Origin: an uncultured bacterium
Lineage (GTDB): Bacteria > Acidobacteriota > Thermoanaerobaculia > Multivoradales > JAHZIX01
Assembly (NCBI GenBank): GCA_965368975.1
Contig: CBDUPA010000003.1
Span: 385,387-449,386 of the forward strand
Length of the DNA: 64,000 nucleotides
Direction of reading: 5' to 3'
How positions within the stretch are numbered: position 1 is the stretch's first letter; each line of letters begins with the position of its first letter. This document shows positions 37,459-48,193 of this stretch, one piece after another. Made by a program: the position numbers and the translations under genes. Below the pieces are notes generated by a model. It had not been told where the DNA came from. It saw nothing but the letters and a program-made list of their open reading frames with translations, and made no database searches.

Positions 37459-40400
37459 TCAAGGCACCCCGCGCCCCGATGTCCACGCGACGCCCGCGAC
37501 GTTGAGCTGCTGCTGCAGTGCTGGCAGCTCGACGTCCAAGATCTGGCGTAGCTTCTCGCGCAGCTCCGCGAAGCCTTCTGACGCCAGCTCCAGGTTGCGC
37601 AGGTGGGTGGGCGTTGGGCCGTAGGTGGAGAAGCGGTTGCCGTAGTTGAAGACGGCGAGGCGGTCGCTGAGGCTCGGGGGAGCGGGTTCGCCGCGGTCCG
37701 CCATTTGCTCGTTGCCGTTGAGCGTCTCGTTCAGGTCGTGCAGGCGGTTGGCGAGATCGAGGGCCTTGGCGTCGAAACTGGGATTGGCGGCGGAATTCTG
37801 TAGCGCCTCGCGGAGGGCATCCAGGTCGCTCTGGGCGTCGGTGATAGCGAGGTTGACGCCCTCCATGTGACGCCGGAGTTCGTCGGCGCGGCGCAGGGAG
37901 GCGTTGGTCTCGGCGTAGTCTCGACGCGGCAGGGCGGTGTCCTCGGTCAGGGGCACGACCTCGAAGGTCTGCGGCTCACCCAACTCGCGCAACTCGCCAC
38001 GCACGCGCTGGTGGAGCCGTGCGGTGTAGGTGCCGGGAGGGACGAGGTAGCCCTCGGGACGATCGGGGCCCCACCCGGGTTCGCGGGTGCGGTAGGGCGG
38101 GTAGCGTAGGTCCCAGGCGACGCGGTGGATGCCTGCCTCGGCGACGGCGGGGACGCGCCGCAGCAGGGTGCCGTCGGCGTCGTGGATGGTCACGAAGACG
38201 GCGGGCTCGTCTTCACGCACCTCGGTACGGACGGTGTCCCAGCCGGGATGCGGGGTGTCGCCGCCGTCGGTTTCGATCTTCTCTTCTGCCTCGCGCCGCT
38301 GCTCTCGGAGCGTCTGTGGTGCGTCCTTCAAGTAATACGTCAGGACGGCGCCGAAGGGCGGATTGGGGGCGGTGAAGAGACTATGACCGGCATAGCCTTT
38401 CTCCGGGAAGCCGAGCGGACGGCTCGGGATGTACCATGCGGCGTCCTTGACGGGGAAGAGGAAGCCGTCTTGCGCCAGGGCTTGTGCGCTGACGTGACGC
38501 AGGGGGGTGTAGTCGTCGAGGACGTAGAAGCCACGGCCAAAGGTGGCGCCGACGAGATCGTTTTCGCGCTGCTGGATGACCAGGTCGCGGAAGGGGATCT
38601 GCGGCACGCCACCGGTGAGTTCGATCCAGCTGCCGCCACCATCGACGGTGAAGAAGACGCCGAATTCGGTGCCGGCGAAGAGTAACCCTGGCTCGACATG
38701 ATCCTGGACGACGCGCCACACGAGGTGACGGTCGGGCAAGTTGCCGCTGATCGAGGTCCAGCTCTGGCAGCGGTCGGTGCTCTTGAGCAGATAGGGCTGG
38801 TAGTCACCGTTCTTGTGGTTGTCCAGCGCGGCGTAGACGGTGTCGGCGTCGTGCAGATCGGCCTTCACATCGTTGACGAAGGCGTACTCGGGCACGTTCG
38901 GCAAGCTGCCGCAGGTACTCCACTCGGCGTCCGTGCTGTCAGCTTTACTGGCGCGCACGTGCAGCAGGCCGTCGTCGGTGCCGGCGTAGAGGCGGCCATC
39001 GACCAAGGGGGATTCCGACAGCGATGTGACGTTGCCGAAGTTGGACATGGCGTACATGTCCCAATTCGAGTCGTAGCTCCAGACCCGGCCCATCATCTGC
39101 TTGGCCAAGCGATCCTCGCCGCGCGACAGGTCGCCACTGATGGGCTGCCAGCTGTCGCCCCGGTCGTCACTGCGCCAGACGCGCTGGCTGGCGAAGTACA
39201 GGCGGGCTGGATCGTGCGGACTGATGACGATCGGGGAGTCCCAGTTCCAGCGATCGGCCGGCTCACCGGGCTCTTCTTGCGGCTGGATGTAGACGATCTC
39301 GCCGGTCTTGCGATCGAAGCGCACCAGGTTGCCTTCCTGCCACTCGGAGTAGACGATGTCCGGGTTGCTGGGATCGACGGCGGGCTGGTGGCCGTCGCCG
39401 AAGACGGTGAGGAACCAGTCGCTGTTGCGGATGCCGTGGACGTTGGTGGTGCGCGACGGGCCGCCCTGGGTGGCGTTGTCCTGGGTGCCACCGTAGACGT
39501 TGTAGAACGGCGTGTCATAGTCGACGGCGACTTTGTAGAACTGGGTCACCGGCAGGTTGCCGACGAAGCGCCAGGTGGTGCCGAGGTCGAAACTCTCGTA
39601 GATGCCGCCATCCGTACCGACCAGAAGGTAGTCGGGGTCGTCAGGCAGGAAGGCCATAGCGTGGTTGTCACCGTGCTTGAAGTCCTGGTGCATCTGCTCG
39701 AAGGTGGCACCGCCGTCGTGGGTGACCATCATCGGGGCGTCCATCTGGTAGACGCGGTCGAAGGCGTGCGGGCTGGCGAACAGCTCCTGGTAGTAGTGGG
39801 GACCCGTGCCACCGCTCAGGTAATCGTCGCGGTGCTGCCAGGTTTCGCCGCCGTCGCTGGAGCGGTAGAAACCGCCCTCGCGGTGCGCCAGCTCGATGGT
39901 GGCGTAGACGACATCGGGCTTCTGCGGTGACACGGCCAGGCCGATGCGTCCCATGTCCTCTTCCGGCAGACCGTGCGTCAACTCTTTCCACGTCGTACCG
40001 CCATCGGTCGACTTGTGAATACCACTCTCGGGGCCGCCGTTGATCAGCGCCGCGACGCTGCGAATGCGCTGCTGGGTAGCTGCGTAGAGGACGTCGGGAT
40101 CGCGCGGATCGAAAACGACGGAGACAACGCCCGTGTAGGGACCGCCTCCCAAAATCTGGTTCCAGGTGACACCGCCATCGGTGCTCTTGAACAAGCCGCG
40201 GTCGCCGCCACCGGACCACAGCGGACCTTCGGCCGCCACGTAGACGACGTCGGAGTCGCGCGGGTCGATGAGGATTTCGCTGATGTGCTCGGACTCGCCG
40301 AGTCCCATGTGGGTCCACGTGGTGCCACCGTCGAGACTCTTGTAGACGCCGTCGCCGAAGCCTACGTGCCGGCCGCCGACGTTCTCGCCGCTCCCGACCC

Positions 40401-40746
40401 AAACGGTCAGCGGTCGGTTCGGGTCGAGGGCGACGCAGCCGATAGAGTAGGAGGGCTGGTCTTCGAAGATCGGCTGCCAGGTGGTGCCGGCGTTGACCGT
40501 CTTCCACACGCCGCCGCTGCCGACCGCCACGTACCAAGTGTTGCGGTCGTGCGGATGGATATCGACGTCGGCAATGCGGCCGGACATCATGGCCGGGCCC
40601 AGGCCACGCAGCTCGAGGCCGGCGAAGGTAAGCGCGTCGAGGTGGCTATCCCCGTCGGGAGCGCCAGGTTGGGCCGGGATAGTGCCGGCGGTGGCGAGCA
40701 GGATGAGCAGGGCGAGCGAAAGGACTGCGGAGCGTGAGACAGGCAT
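37459..40746 (-). CDS. Secreted BNR/Asp-box repeat (VPS10/sortilin-like) glycosyl hydrolase-like protein
   Basis: Signal peptide; GPAMMSGRI; many KS.DGG.TW Asp-boxes; GGTQDN; ATFGRGFYVLDD. Confidence 0.85.
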   Translation of the reverse strand: MPVSRSAVLSLALLILLATAGTIPAQPGAPDGDSHLDALTFAGLELRGLGPAMMSGRIADVDIHPHDRNTWYVAVGSGGVWKTVNAGTTWQPIFEDQPSYSIGCVALDPNRPLTVWVGSGENVGGRHVGFGDGVYKSLDGGTTWTHMGLGESEHISEILIDPRDSDVVYVAAEGPLWSGGGDRGLFKSTDGGVTWNQILGGGPYTGVVSVVFDPRDPDVLYAATQQRIRSVAALINGGPESGIHKSTDGGTTWKELTHGLPEEDMGRIGLAVSPQKPDVVYATIELAHREGGFYRSSDGGETWQHRDDYLSGGTGPHYYQELFASPHAFDRVYQMDAPMMVTHDGGATFEQMHQDFKHGDNHAMAFLPDDPDYLLVGTDGGIYESFDLGTTWRFVGNLPVTQFYKVAVDYDTPFYNVYGGTQDNATQGGPSRTTNVHGIRNSDWFLTVFGDGHQPAVDPSNPDIVYSEWQEGNLVRFDRKTGEIVYIQPQEEPGEPADRWNWDSPIVISPHDPARLYFASQRVWRSDDRGDSWQPISGDLSRGEDRLAKQMMGRVWSYDSNWDMYAMSNFGNVTSLSESPLVDGRLYAGTDDGLLHVRASKADSTDAEWSTCGSLPNVPEYAFVNDVKADLHDADTVYAALDNHKNGDYQPYLLKSTDRCQSWTSISGNLPDRHLVWRVVQDHVEPGLLFAGTEFGVFFTVDGGGSWIELTGGVPQIPFRDLVIQQRENDLVGATFGRGFYVLDDYTPLRHVSAQALAQDGFLFPVKDAAWYIPSRPLGFPEKGYAGHSLFTAPNPPFGAVLTYYLKDAPQTLREQRREAEEKIETDGGDTPHPGWDTVRTEVREDEPAVFVTIHDADGTLLRRVPAVAEAGIHRVAWDLRYPPYRTREPGWGPDRPEGYLVPPGTYTARLHQRVRGELRELGEPQTFEVVPLTEDTALPRRDYAETNASLRRADELRRHMEGVNLAITDAQSDLDALREALQNSAANPSFDAKALDLANRLHDLNETLNGNEQMADRGEPAPPSLSDRLAVFNYGNRFSTYGPTPTHLRNLELASEGFAELREKLRQILDVELPALQQQLNVAGVAWTSGRGVP

Positions 40747-40956
40747 GAAGTTCCTCCAGATGTGAGTCCGAGCAGGTACACAGTGAAGCTACCACAGCTG
40801 TAGGAGACGGCTGAAGAGGATCACGCAATAGGCAGGATGGGTAGACAGATCGTACAAGACAGGTGTGTCCACTACGGTAGCCGCCCGCTCTCTGCTCGCG
40901 AGGATGGAGCGGCGCGTCCGAACCTTCTGGAGAACTGCTATGATCCCGGCTGCATC

Positions 40957-41829
40957 ATGAACGTAACCCCGCCCGCCCTGTCCCGTGTTCTGCTCCTGAC
41001 TTTCCGTACCTCCCTGGCTGCCATGCTGGTGGTTGTTGCCGTTGGCCTGACCGTGGCTGCGCCAGCACATGGTCAGGAAATGGCCGCCTTCTTGTCGATG
41101 GAGTTGGAGATCGAACGTCAGCTGTTGGCAGACGATCTGCGACTCTATGCCGAAGCGAGACAACGCCAGATCACCGAGCGCGAGAGCGTCGAGGAGTTGT
41201 TGGTCGAGGTCGATCAGCAGTTCGAGACCGGTACAGTGACCCTCGGAGAGCTGGAAGACCGTGAACGGCAGATCGTGCTGGCCGAGCAAACACTGGCAGC
41301 AACCTCACGGGAAACCGAGCGCTTGCGCCTGCGGATCTACGATCGCCTGCGCCGAACGGGTTTGCTGGAGCAGGCCCTGGAGGCGCACGATGGCCCCGGC
41401 CTGTTGCCCGATCCGCTCAGTGGCCGCTGGCGCTTGGATCTCGACCCGGGCAATGTCGAGGGAGTGCTCACCCTTCGCCTTGATGGCACCGTTGTGCGTG
41501 GCTCCTACGCCATTGAGGACGGTGGCACCGGTGGTAGTCTGCAACCGGGAACGCTGCCGCCCAGCTCGGGCGCCTTTGTCGACTCGGCTGCCGATGAACC
41601 GTCGCGCGGCTCCCTGCGCGGCACCTACACCGGCGGCTTGCTGCGCCTGGAACGCATCGACGCGCTTCGAGGCTTGCACAGCACTTTCCAGGGGACACTG
41701 GATCCCGTACGGCGGCAGCTGCTCGGCACCTGGACCGCGGTCGACCTGACCAGCGGTGGTCCCGGAGGTGGCGACTGGACGGCGGACAAGATCGAATCTG
41801 AAGAGGACGAGGAAGAAGACACCCCGTGA
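40957..41829 (+). CDS. Hypothetical secreted protein (coiled coil plus beta domain)
   Basis: Signal peptide, heptad-rich segment, then LSGRW...GTW...WTA; overlaps the next gene. Confidence 0.6.
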   Translation: MNVTPPALSRVLLLTFRTSLAAMLVVVAVGLTVAAPAHGQEMAAFLSMELEIERQLLADDLRLYAEARQRQITERESVEELLVEVDQQFETGTVTLGELEDRERQIVLAEQTLAATSRETERLRLRIYDRLRRTGLLEQALEAHDGPGLLPDPLSGRWRLDLDPGNVEGVLTLRLDGTVVRGSYAIEDGGTGGSLQPGTLPPSSGAFVDSAADEPSRGSLRGTYTGGLLRLERIDALRGLHSTFQGTLDPVRRQLLGTWTAVDLTSGGPGGGDWTADKIESEEDEEEDTP

Positions 41830-42455
41830 ATCGCAACAACGTTCTGTTCTTGGTGATTGGAATTCTGATCGGCTTCCTGGCAGGCTACTTCCTGCAAGAG
41901 GAGATAGCGAAGGTGCAGCCCGTGCGGCGCATCGCTGGTAGCGATACTGGGGCCGCGACAGCCGCGCCGCCAGGGGCTCCACGCATGCCCGCGGCGCCCG
42001 GTGCCGCGCCGGCAGCGGGCGCCATGGGCGGTGGCCCGGTCGCCGGAGAGGTGATCGAGCTGCAGCAGCGCATTACCGACAACCCCGACGACGCCGAAGC
42101 GGTTCTCGGCCTGGCGCGACTCAACCTGCAGATCAGCAATTGGGAGCGGGCCGCCGAACTGTTGCAGCGCTATCTGGAACTCGAGCCCGAAAGCCCCAAC
42201 GAGCTGGTCGACCTCGCCGTGGTGCAGCGCACGCTGGCCCAGTACGACGAGGCACTCTCCAGCCTCGACCGGGCCTTGGAGCTGGCCCCCGACCACTGGG
42301 TGGCCTACTACAACAAGGCCGTGGTGCTGATTGTCGACTTGCAGCGTCTCGACGACGCGGCACTGGTGGTCGAGACCATGCAGGAGATGCGGCCGGAAGA
42401 CCAAGACGTGCAGGCGCTGGCCAGTGAGCTGACACGTCTGCGTTCTGAAGGCTGA
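41826..42455 (+). CDS. Membrane-anchored TPR protein
   Basis: N-terminal TM helix; TPRs (NPDDAEA...YLELEP...ALELAPDH). Confidence 0.8.
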   Translation: MNRNNVLFLVIGILIGFLAGYFLQEEIAKVQPVRRIAGSDTGAATAAPPGAPRMPAAPGAAPAAGAMGGGPVAGEVIELQQRITDNPDDAEAVLGLARLNLQISNWERAAELLQRYLELEPESPNELVDLAVVQRTLAQYDEALSSLDRALELAPDHWVAYYNKAVVLIVDLQRLDDAALVVETMQEMRPEDQDVQALASELTRLRSEG

Positions 42456-42470
42456 GGAGGCCGGCCGCCC

Positions 42471-42827
42471 ATGCTACTGCGCGTGGTCGCCATCTTGCTG
42501 CTGCTGTGGCTCGCCGTCGAGGTGACGGTGTGGTTGATGAAGGCGATGCGCCAGCGGCTCAAGCGCAAGATGGAAGAGATCGAGCGCGAATTGCGTCAGC
42601 GGGCGGCAGGGGCACCTCGCCCCGCCGGCGGTCGTCCGCACAGTGGTGCAGCCAGCAGCGGGACGCGAACCTCGCGCCCGGCCAACCAACCCGGGGCCAC
42701 GCGTCTCGTGCGCTGCGCTACCTGCGGCATTCACTTTCCAGGCCCGCCGGGAACCTCTGCGGACCCAGATGCCGCGGTCTACTGCTCAGAAGGCTGTGAG
42801 CGGGCCGCGGCAGCCGGACCTTCGTGA
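42471..42827 (+). CDS. PP0621-like small protein with C-terminal Cys (TRASH-like) motif
   Basis: N-terminal TM helix; LVRCATCGIHFP...YCSEGC. Confidence 0.7.
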   Translation: MLLRVVAILLLLWLAVEVTVWLMKAMRQRLKRKMEEIERELRQRAAGAPRPAGGRPHSGAASSGTRTSRPANQPGATRLVRCATCGIHFPGPPGTSADPDAAVYCSEGCERAAAAGPS

Positions 42828-45304
42828 CCCCGGACCGGCGTGATTCCGGACCCGCAACGTCGATGACAGTGCCGCAGCGCTACGCCGCCGTCGCGGTGCC
42901 GGTGCCCTTGCAGCACCCGCTGACCTACAGCGTGCCCACCAATCTGCTGCCACTGGTCCAGCCCGGTTTGCGTGTGCGCGTGCGTCTTGGGTCGCGACGC
43001 CTGACCGGCGTTGTCGTGGCGCTCGAAGACAGCGCCCCCGAAGGGGTCAAGGTGCGGCCGCTGGAGGCCGTGTTGGAAGCACGCCCCGTGCTCAACCAGG
43101 ATCTGCTCGAGCTGGCGCGCTTCACCGCAGACTACTACCTGGCGCCGATCGGTGAGGTGATGCGTGCGCTGGTGCCGTCGGATCTGCCGGGGTGGAGCAA
43201 GAGGCGCCTGAGTCTGACGGACGCCGGGGCGTTGGCTGAGCCGGCGGGAGAGGCAGAGGCCGCGGTGGTCGCGGCACTGCGGGACGTCGGACCGATGTCG
43301 ATGGCCGACCTGCAGAACCACCTCGGCCTCGACGATCTGGGGCTTGTGATCGACCGCATGCTCTCCGCCGGCCGTCTGACCGCTTCGGACACGCGCCGGG
43401 GCAGCCGCTACGTCACCGCGTACGAGCTGCCGGCCGGCGATCGTGACGCCCAGCGCGAGGCCTGCGGACGGTCACCCCAGGGCCGGGCGATCGTCGACTG
43501 GCTCGACGCGCTCGGTCGGCCGGCGACCGGCGATGAGATCACCAGCGCTGTCGGCTGTAGTGACGGCGTACTGCGCCGGCTGGTCAAGCTCGGCGTGCTG
43601 CGCCGCTTCACTCAGATCGAGCGGCTCGACCTCGATCACCACATGCTCAGCGGCGGCGGTGGTCCCGAGATCGTCCTGCGCCCTGACCAGCAGACGTGCC
43701 TGGATGCACTGATAGCCGCCTTCGACGCAGCAGATGCCGCTCCCGAAAGGGCTTTTGCGCCCTTCCTGCTGCACGGCATGACGGGTGCTGGCAAGACCGA
43801 GGTCTACCTGCGCGCGGTGTCATCGGTGCTCGAGCGGGGCCGTTCAGCCTTGCTGCTGGTGCCCGAGATCGTCCTGGTACCGGCAGTGGCGCGCGCCGTC
43901 CGGCTACGCTTCGGCGATCGGCTGGCGATTCTGCATTCGAACCTGGGACCGGCCGAACGACAGCAGGAGTGGCAGCGCATCCGCGACGGAGAAGCCAAGG
44001 TCGTTCTCGGGCCTCGCTCGGCGATCTTCGCGCCGCTGCACGACCTCGGCTTGATCGTGGTCGACGAGGAGCAAGACTCGGCCTACAAACAAGAGATCTC
44101 ACCACGCTACAACGGCCGCGACCTTGCGCTGGTGCGTGCGCGCAGCGCCGGAGCCGCGGTGCTGCTGGTCTCCGCGACGCCGAGTCTGGAGAGCCGGCAC
44201 AATGCAAATACCGGCAAGTACGGCAAGTTGGTACTCACCGAGCGCGTAGGGCAGGGCAAGCTGCCCGAGGGCATCCTGGTCGACATGCGGCAGTACACCG
44301 AGGGGCCCCGGCGTCCGGGAGAGGTACAGTTCTCGGCACCGCTACGCGACCAGCTCGACCGCACCCTGCGTCGCGGCGAACAGGTGATCCTGCTGCGCAA
44401 CCGGCGTGGCTACTCCCCGATCCTGCTATGCCGCGCGTGTGGGGAAGACCTTCGCTGTGACGACTGCGGCTTGCCACGGACGTACCACCGGCGGGATGCC
44501 CGCCTGGTTTGCCACTACTGTGGCTCGACGCGCGTCGTACCGTCGGTGTGCCCGGCCTGCGAGGCCGCGGCGCTGGAACCCGTCGGCACCGGCACCGAAC
44601 GTCTCGACGAGCAGTTCCGCGATCTCTTTCCCGGCGTCAGCGTCGACGTGCTGGACCGCGATGCCGTGCGCCGCAAGGGCGGTGCGGCCGCCGTTCTCGA
44701 GCGCTTCGGCCGTGGTGACACGCAGGTCCTGATCGGCACGCAGATGGTGTCCAAGGGCCACCACTTCCCGAACGTTGCCCTGACCGCCGTCATGGCCGCG
44801 GACAGCTACCTCGGCTTTCCTGACTTCCGAGCCGTCGAGCGCACCTACAACCTGCTGGTGCAACTCGCGGGCCGTGCCGGCCGCGGTGACGTCCCCGGTC
44901 GCCTGGTGCTGCAGACCTTCAATCCTGACCACTACGCCATCCGCGCCGCGCTCGACCACGACGACGAGCGCTTCGCCGAAGAAGAGCTGCGCTTCCGGCG
45001 CGCCTTCCACTATCCACCGTTCACCCGCATGGTGCAGTTGCTGATCCGCCACCAAGACCAGCAACGCGCCGAGCGTCGGATGCACGAGCTGTCGGAAGCC
45101 CTCAGCCGTCACCCCTTGGCGCGCGGCGTCCGTTTCGCTGGTCCGGCACCAGCGCCTTTCGAGCGCCTGCGCGGTAAGTGGCGCTACCAGCTGCTGCTCA
45201 GAGCGCCGGACTTCCGGCACCTGCAAACCCTGCTCAAGGCTGTGATTCCAGAGCAGCCGGACCCGGATCTCGTGGTCGATGTCGATCCGTATGATCTGCT
45301 CTGA
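42824..45304 (+). CDS. priA: Primosomal protein N'
   Basis: GMTGAGKTEVY, LVPEI, VDEEQD, SATPSLES, four CxxC pairs, GTQMVSKG, QLAGRAGR. Confidence 0.97.
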   Translation: MTPDRRDSGPATSMTVPQRYAAVAVPVPLQHPLTYSVPTNLLPLVQPGLRVRVRLGSRRLTGVVVALEDSAPEGVKVRPLEAVLEARPVLNQDLLELARFTADYYLAPIGEVMRALVPSDLPGWSKRRLSLTDAGALAEPAGEAEAAVVAALRDVGPMSMADLQNHLGLDDLGLVIDRMLSAGRLTASDTRRGSRYVTAYELPAGDRDAQREACGRSPQGRAIVDWLDALGRPATGDEITSAVGCSDGVLRRLVKLGVLRRFTQIERLDLDHHMLSGGGGPEIVLRPDQQTCLDALIAAFDAADAAPERAFAPFLLHGMTGAGKTEVYLRAVSSVLERGRSALLLVPEIVLVPAVARAVRLRFGDRLAILHSNLGPAERQQEWQRIRDGEAKVVLGPRSAIFAPLHDLGLIVVDEEQDSAYKQEISPRYNGRDLALVRARSAGAAVLLVSATPSLESRHNANTGKYGKLVLTERVGQGKLPEGILVDMRQYTEGPRRPGEVQFSAPLRDQLDRTLRRGEQVILLRNRRGYSPILLCRACGEDLRCDDCGLPRTYHRRDARLVCHYCGSTRVVPSVCPACEAAALEPVGTGTERLDEQFRDLFPGVSVDVLDRDAVRRKGGAAAVLERFGRGDTQVLIGTQMVSKGHHFPNVALTAVMAADSYLGFPDFRAVERTYNLLVQLAGRAGRGDVPGRLVLQTFNPDHYAIRAALDHDDERFAEEELRFRRAFHYPPFTRMVQLLIRHQDQQRAERRMHELSEALSRHPLARGVRFAGPAPAPFERLRGKWRYQLLLRAPDFRHLQTLLKAVIPEQPDPDLVVDVDPYDLL

Positions 45305-45356
45305 AAGCGCCTGTGAATTGACCCACCCCACTCCGCTCTGCTAGCGTCCCCCTCCC

Positions 45357-46307
45357 ATGGCCACGTCACCTGAATACGCATTCGAAGAACCCCTCGTGCA
45401 TCTGCGCGAGCAGATCAGCGAGCTGCGCGCGTTCCCGCCCGGTAGCGGCAAGGAGCGCGACATCGAGCGACTGGAGAAACAGCTGCGCAAGGAGACCAAG
45501 GAGGTCTTCTCGAAGCTCAATCGCTGGCAGAAAACGCTGGTCGCACGCCACGTCCAGCGACCGTATACCCTCGACTACGTCGAAAACTTGCTGGACGACT
45601 GGGTCGAGTTGCACGGAGATCGCGCGTTCGGCGACGATCCGGCGATCGTCTGCGGCTTCGGCCAGTTCCGCGGTCGATCCGTAGCGGTGGTCGGGCACAT
45701 GAAGGGGCGCACGACGCAAACACGCATCACGCGTAACTTCGGGCAGCCTCGACCGGAGGGGTATCGCAAGGCGCTGCGCATCATGCGGCTGGCGGAGAAG
45801 TTCGGCAAACCAGTTCTGAGCTTCATCGACACGCCGGGCGCCTACCCGGGCATCGGCGCCGAGGAGCGCGGGCAAGCGGAGGCGATCGCACGCAATCTGA
45901 TCGAGATGGCTTCGCTGCGGGTACCGATTGTCGTTGTGGTGACGGGCGAGGGGGGAAGCGGTGGCGCCTTGGCCTTGGGCGTTGGCGACCGGATCTTCAT
46001 GCTCGAGTACACGACCTACTCGGTCATCTCGCCCGAAGGCTGCGCCGCCATCCTGTGGAAGAATCAGGACGCGCGCGCCGAAGCCGCCGAAGCTCTGCGG
46101 GTGACGGCCCAGGATCTCGACCACCTGGGGCTGATCGACGACATCATCCCCGAACCGCTGGGCGGAGCCCACACCGATCCGCCCGTGATCTGCCAGCGGG
46201 TCGGTGACCGGATCGAGCAGGCGTTGCGCGAACTGATGACGCGCAGCCCCGAGCAGCTGATCGCTGAACGCTATGCCAAGTTCCGCGCCATGGGAGCTCT
46301 GGGCTGA
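45357..46307 (+). CDS. accA: Acetyl-CoA carboxylase carboxyltransferase alpha subunit
   Basis: ELHGDR, NFGQPRPEGYRKALR, IDTPGAYPG, GEGGSGGALA, YSVISPEGCA. Confidence 0.97.
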   Translation: MATSPEYAFEEPLVHLREQISELRAFPPGSGKERDIERLEKQLRKETKEVFSKLNRWQKTLVARHVQRPYTLDYVENLLDDWVELHGDRAFGDDPAIVCGFGQFRGRSVAVVGHMKGRTTQTRITRNFGQPRPEGYRKALRIMRLAEKFGKPVLSFIDTPGAYPGIGAEERGQAEAIARNLIEMASLRVPIVVVVTGEGGSGGALALGVGDRIFMLEYTTYSVISPEGCAAILWKNQDARAEAAEALRVTAQDLDHLGLIDDIIPEPLGGAHTDPPVICQRVGDRIEQALRELMTRSPEQLIAERYAKFRAMGALG

Positions 46308-46312
46308 GCCAC

Positions 46313-48061
46313 TTGCCCCACGAAGCTCAGGCCCACGAAGCTCAGGCTGAGTGGCTGGCGGCCGCGGAACCCGAGGAGGTGGCGGCGCTGCGAGCCGACC
46401 CGGAGCTGGCGCGCGAGCCCGAGTGGCTGACCTCGTTGCTGGCACGCCGTGGCGTCCACACCCCCGACGAAGCGCGCCGCTTCTTGACGCCGAGCGTCGA
46501 GCACTTGCACGACCCGGCCCTGCTGGGTGGCATGGCGGAGGCCCTCGATTGCCTGCAGCAGGCACGCGAACGTGGTGACAAAGTAGCGATCGTCGGCGAC
46601 TATGATGTCGACGGCGTGACATCGACCGCTCTCCTGACCGCGGTTCTCGGATGCTGCGGTCTCGAGATCCTGCCGATCCTGCCGCACCGCATGCGCGAGG
46701 GCTACGGGTTTCAGCCGATACACGCCGAGCGTGCGCACGAGCACGGCTGCAAGCTGGTAGTGACCGCGGACTGTGGCACGACCTCGACGATGGCAGTGGC
46801 CAAGGCGCGCGAACTGGGCCTCGAGGTGCTGATCACCGACCACCACCTGCCCGGCAAGGATCTGCCCGCCGACGTCCTGCAGATCAATCCCAAGCAGGCA
46901 GGTTGCACCTATCCCGAAACGAACCTGGCCGCTGTCGGACTGGCCTTCAAGCTCGCCCAGGCCTTCGCCGAGCGCTGCAATGTCCCGGTGCCGCTGGAGT
47001 CACTGCTGCGCATGGCCTGTCTCGGCACGGTCGCCGACTTGGTTCCCCTGACCGGCGAGAACCGGGTCATCACGGCGCTCGGTTTGCGGGCCCTGGATCA
47101 GGTCTTGGGTCAGGGATCGCGCGCCGTCGGTCTGCGCGCCCTGGCACAGCAGTCCGGTGTCAAACCGCCGATGGCGGCCGAGGACATCGGTTTTCGCCTC
47201 GGGCCCAGGATCAACGCTGCCGGTCGTCTGGGCAGCGCCGAGACTGCCCTGGAGCTGCTGCTCAGCCGGGACTACGGCAAAGCTCTGAACCTGGCGCAGC
47301 AACTCGACGGGTGGAACCGGGAGCGCCAGGCCGAGGAGGCTCGAGTCGTGGAGGAGGCGCGAGCCCAGCTGCTCGAGCAAGCCTCGGAGGACGCTGTGCT
47401 GCCGCCAATCCTGGTCGCCTGGGATGCCTCGTGGCACCGCGGCGTGGTCGGCATCGCGGCCGGCCGTCTGGCCAAGGAGTTCCACCGACCGGCGCTGCTG
47501 CTCAGCCTCGACGAAGACCAGGCGACCGGCTCCGGGCGCAGCATCCCAGGGATTGAACTCCATGCCTTCCTCGAGCCGTGGCGGCAGCGCTTGCTGCGTT
47601 TCGGCGGTCACGCGCAGGCGATTGGCTTGACGGCTGGTGCCGCTGATCTCGAAACGCTGCGCGACGAATGGCGGCAGGCCGCGGCACACTGGGGGCCGGA
47701 CCTCTTGCGCAAGCGGTATGAGTACGAGCTAGACCTGCGCGTCGAGGACATCGACGACCAGCTCTTTGCTCAGCTACGCCGCTTGGAACCGCACGGCATG
47801 GCAAACCCGTCACCGCTGGTGCGCGTCGGTCCGCTGCAGTTGAACGCCGAGCCCCGATTGCTCGGCGAAGGAGGCAAACACCTGAGCGCGCTGGTCAAGG
47901 CTCCGGGCAGTGGACGCGGACGCGTGCTGCCAGTGATCGCCTGGGGCTGGGGGGCACGGCGCGACCAGCTCGACGGTCGCTTCGAAGCTCTCGGTCACCT
48001 GGAACACGACGACTACCGCGGTGGCGTCCGCCTGCGTTTGCGTGCGGCACGGCCCTGCTGA
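46313..48061 (+). CDS. recJ: ssDNA-specific exonuclease RecJ
   Basis: GDYDVDG, TADCG, ITDHH, GTVADLVPL, GPRINAAGRL, GSGRS, GGHAQA. Confidence 0.97.
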   Translation: MPHEAQAHEAQAEWLAAAEPEEVAALRADPELAREPEWLTSLLARRGVHTPDEARRFLTPSVEHLHDPALLGGMAEALDCLQQARERGDKVAIVGDYDVDGVTSTALLTAVLGCCGLEILPILPHRMREGYGFQPIHAERAHEHGCKLVVTADCGTTSTMAVAKARELGLEVLITDHHLPGKDLPADVLQINPKQAGCTYPETNLAAVGLAFKLAQAFAERCNVPVPLESLLRMACLGTVADLVPLTGENRVITALGLRALDQVLGQGSRAVGLRALAQQSGVKPPMAAEDIGFRLGPRINAAGRLGSAETALELLLSRDYGKALNLAQQLDGWNRERQAEEARVVEEARAQLLEQASEDAVLPPILVAWDASWHRGVVGIAAGRLAKEFHRPALLLSLDEDQATGSGRSIPGIELHAFLEPWRQRLLRFGGHAQAIGLTAGAADLETLRDEWRQAAAHWGPDLLRKRYEYELDLRVEDIDDQLFAQLRRLEPHGMANPSPLVRVGPLQLNAEPRLLGEGGKHLSALVKAPGSGRGRVLPVIAWGWGARRDQLDGRFEALGHLEHDDYRGGVRLRLRAARPC

Positions 48062-48193
48062 CCCGCTGAGCCCGTCTCAGCTGGTCCGGCACGAGAGCCC
48101 CTGCTAGATCACCGCTAGCTCGCCGCTTCATGTAAGCTACAGCTTCGTCATGCGTGTGCCGTCGACCTACCCCATTTGCTCGAGAAGTCCCCG

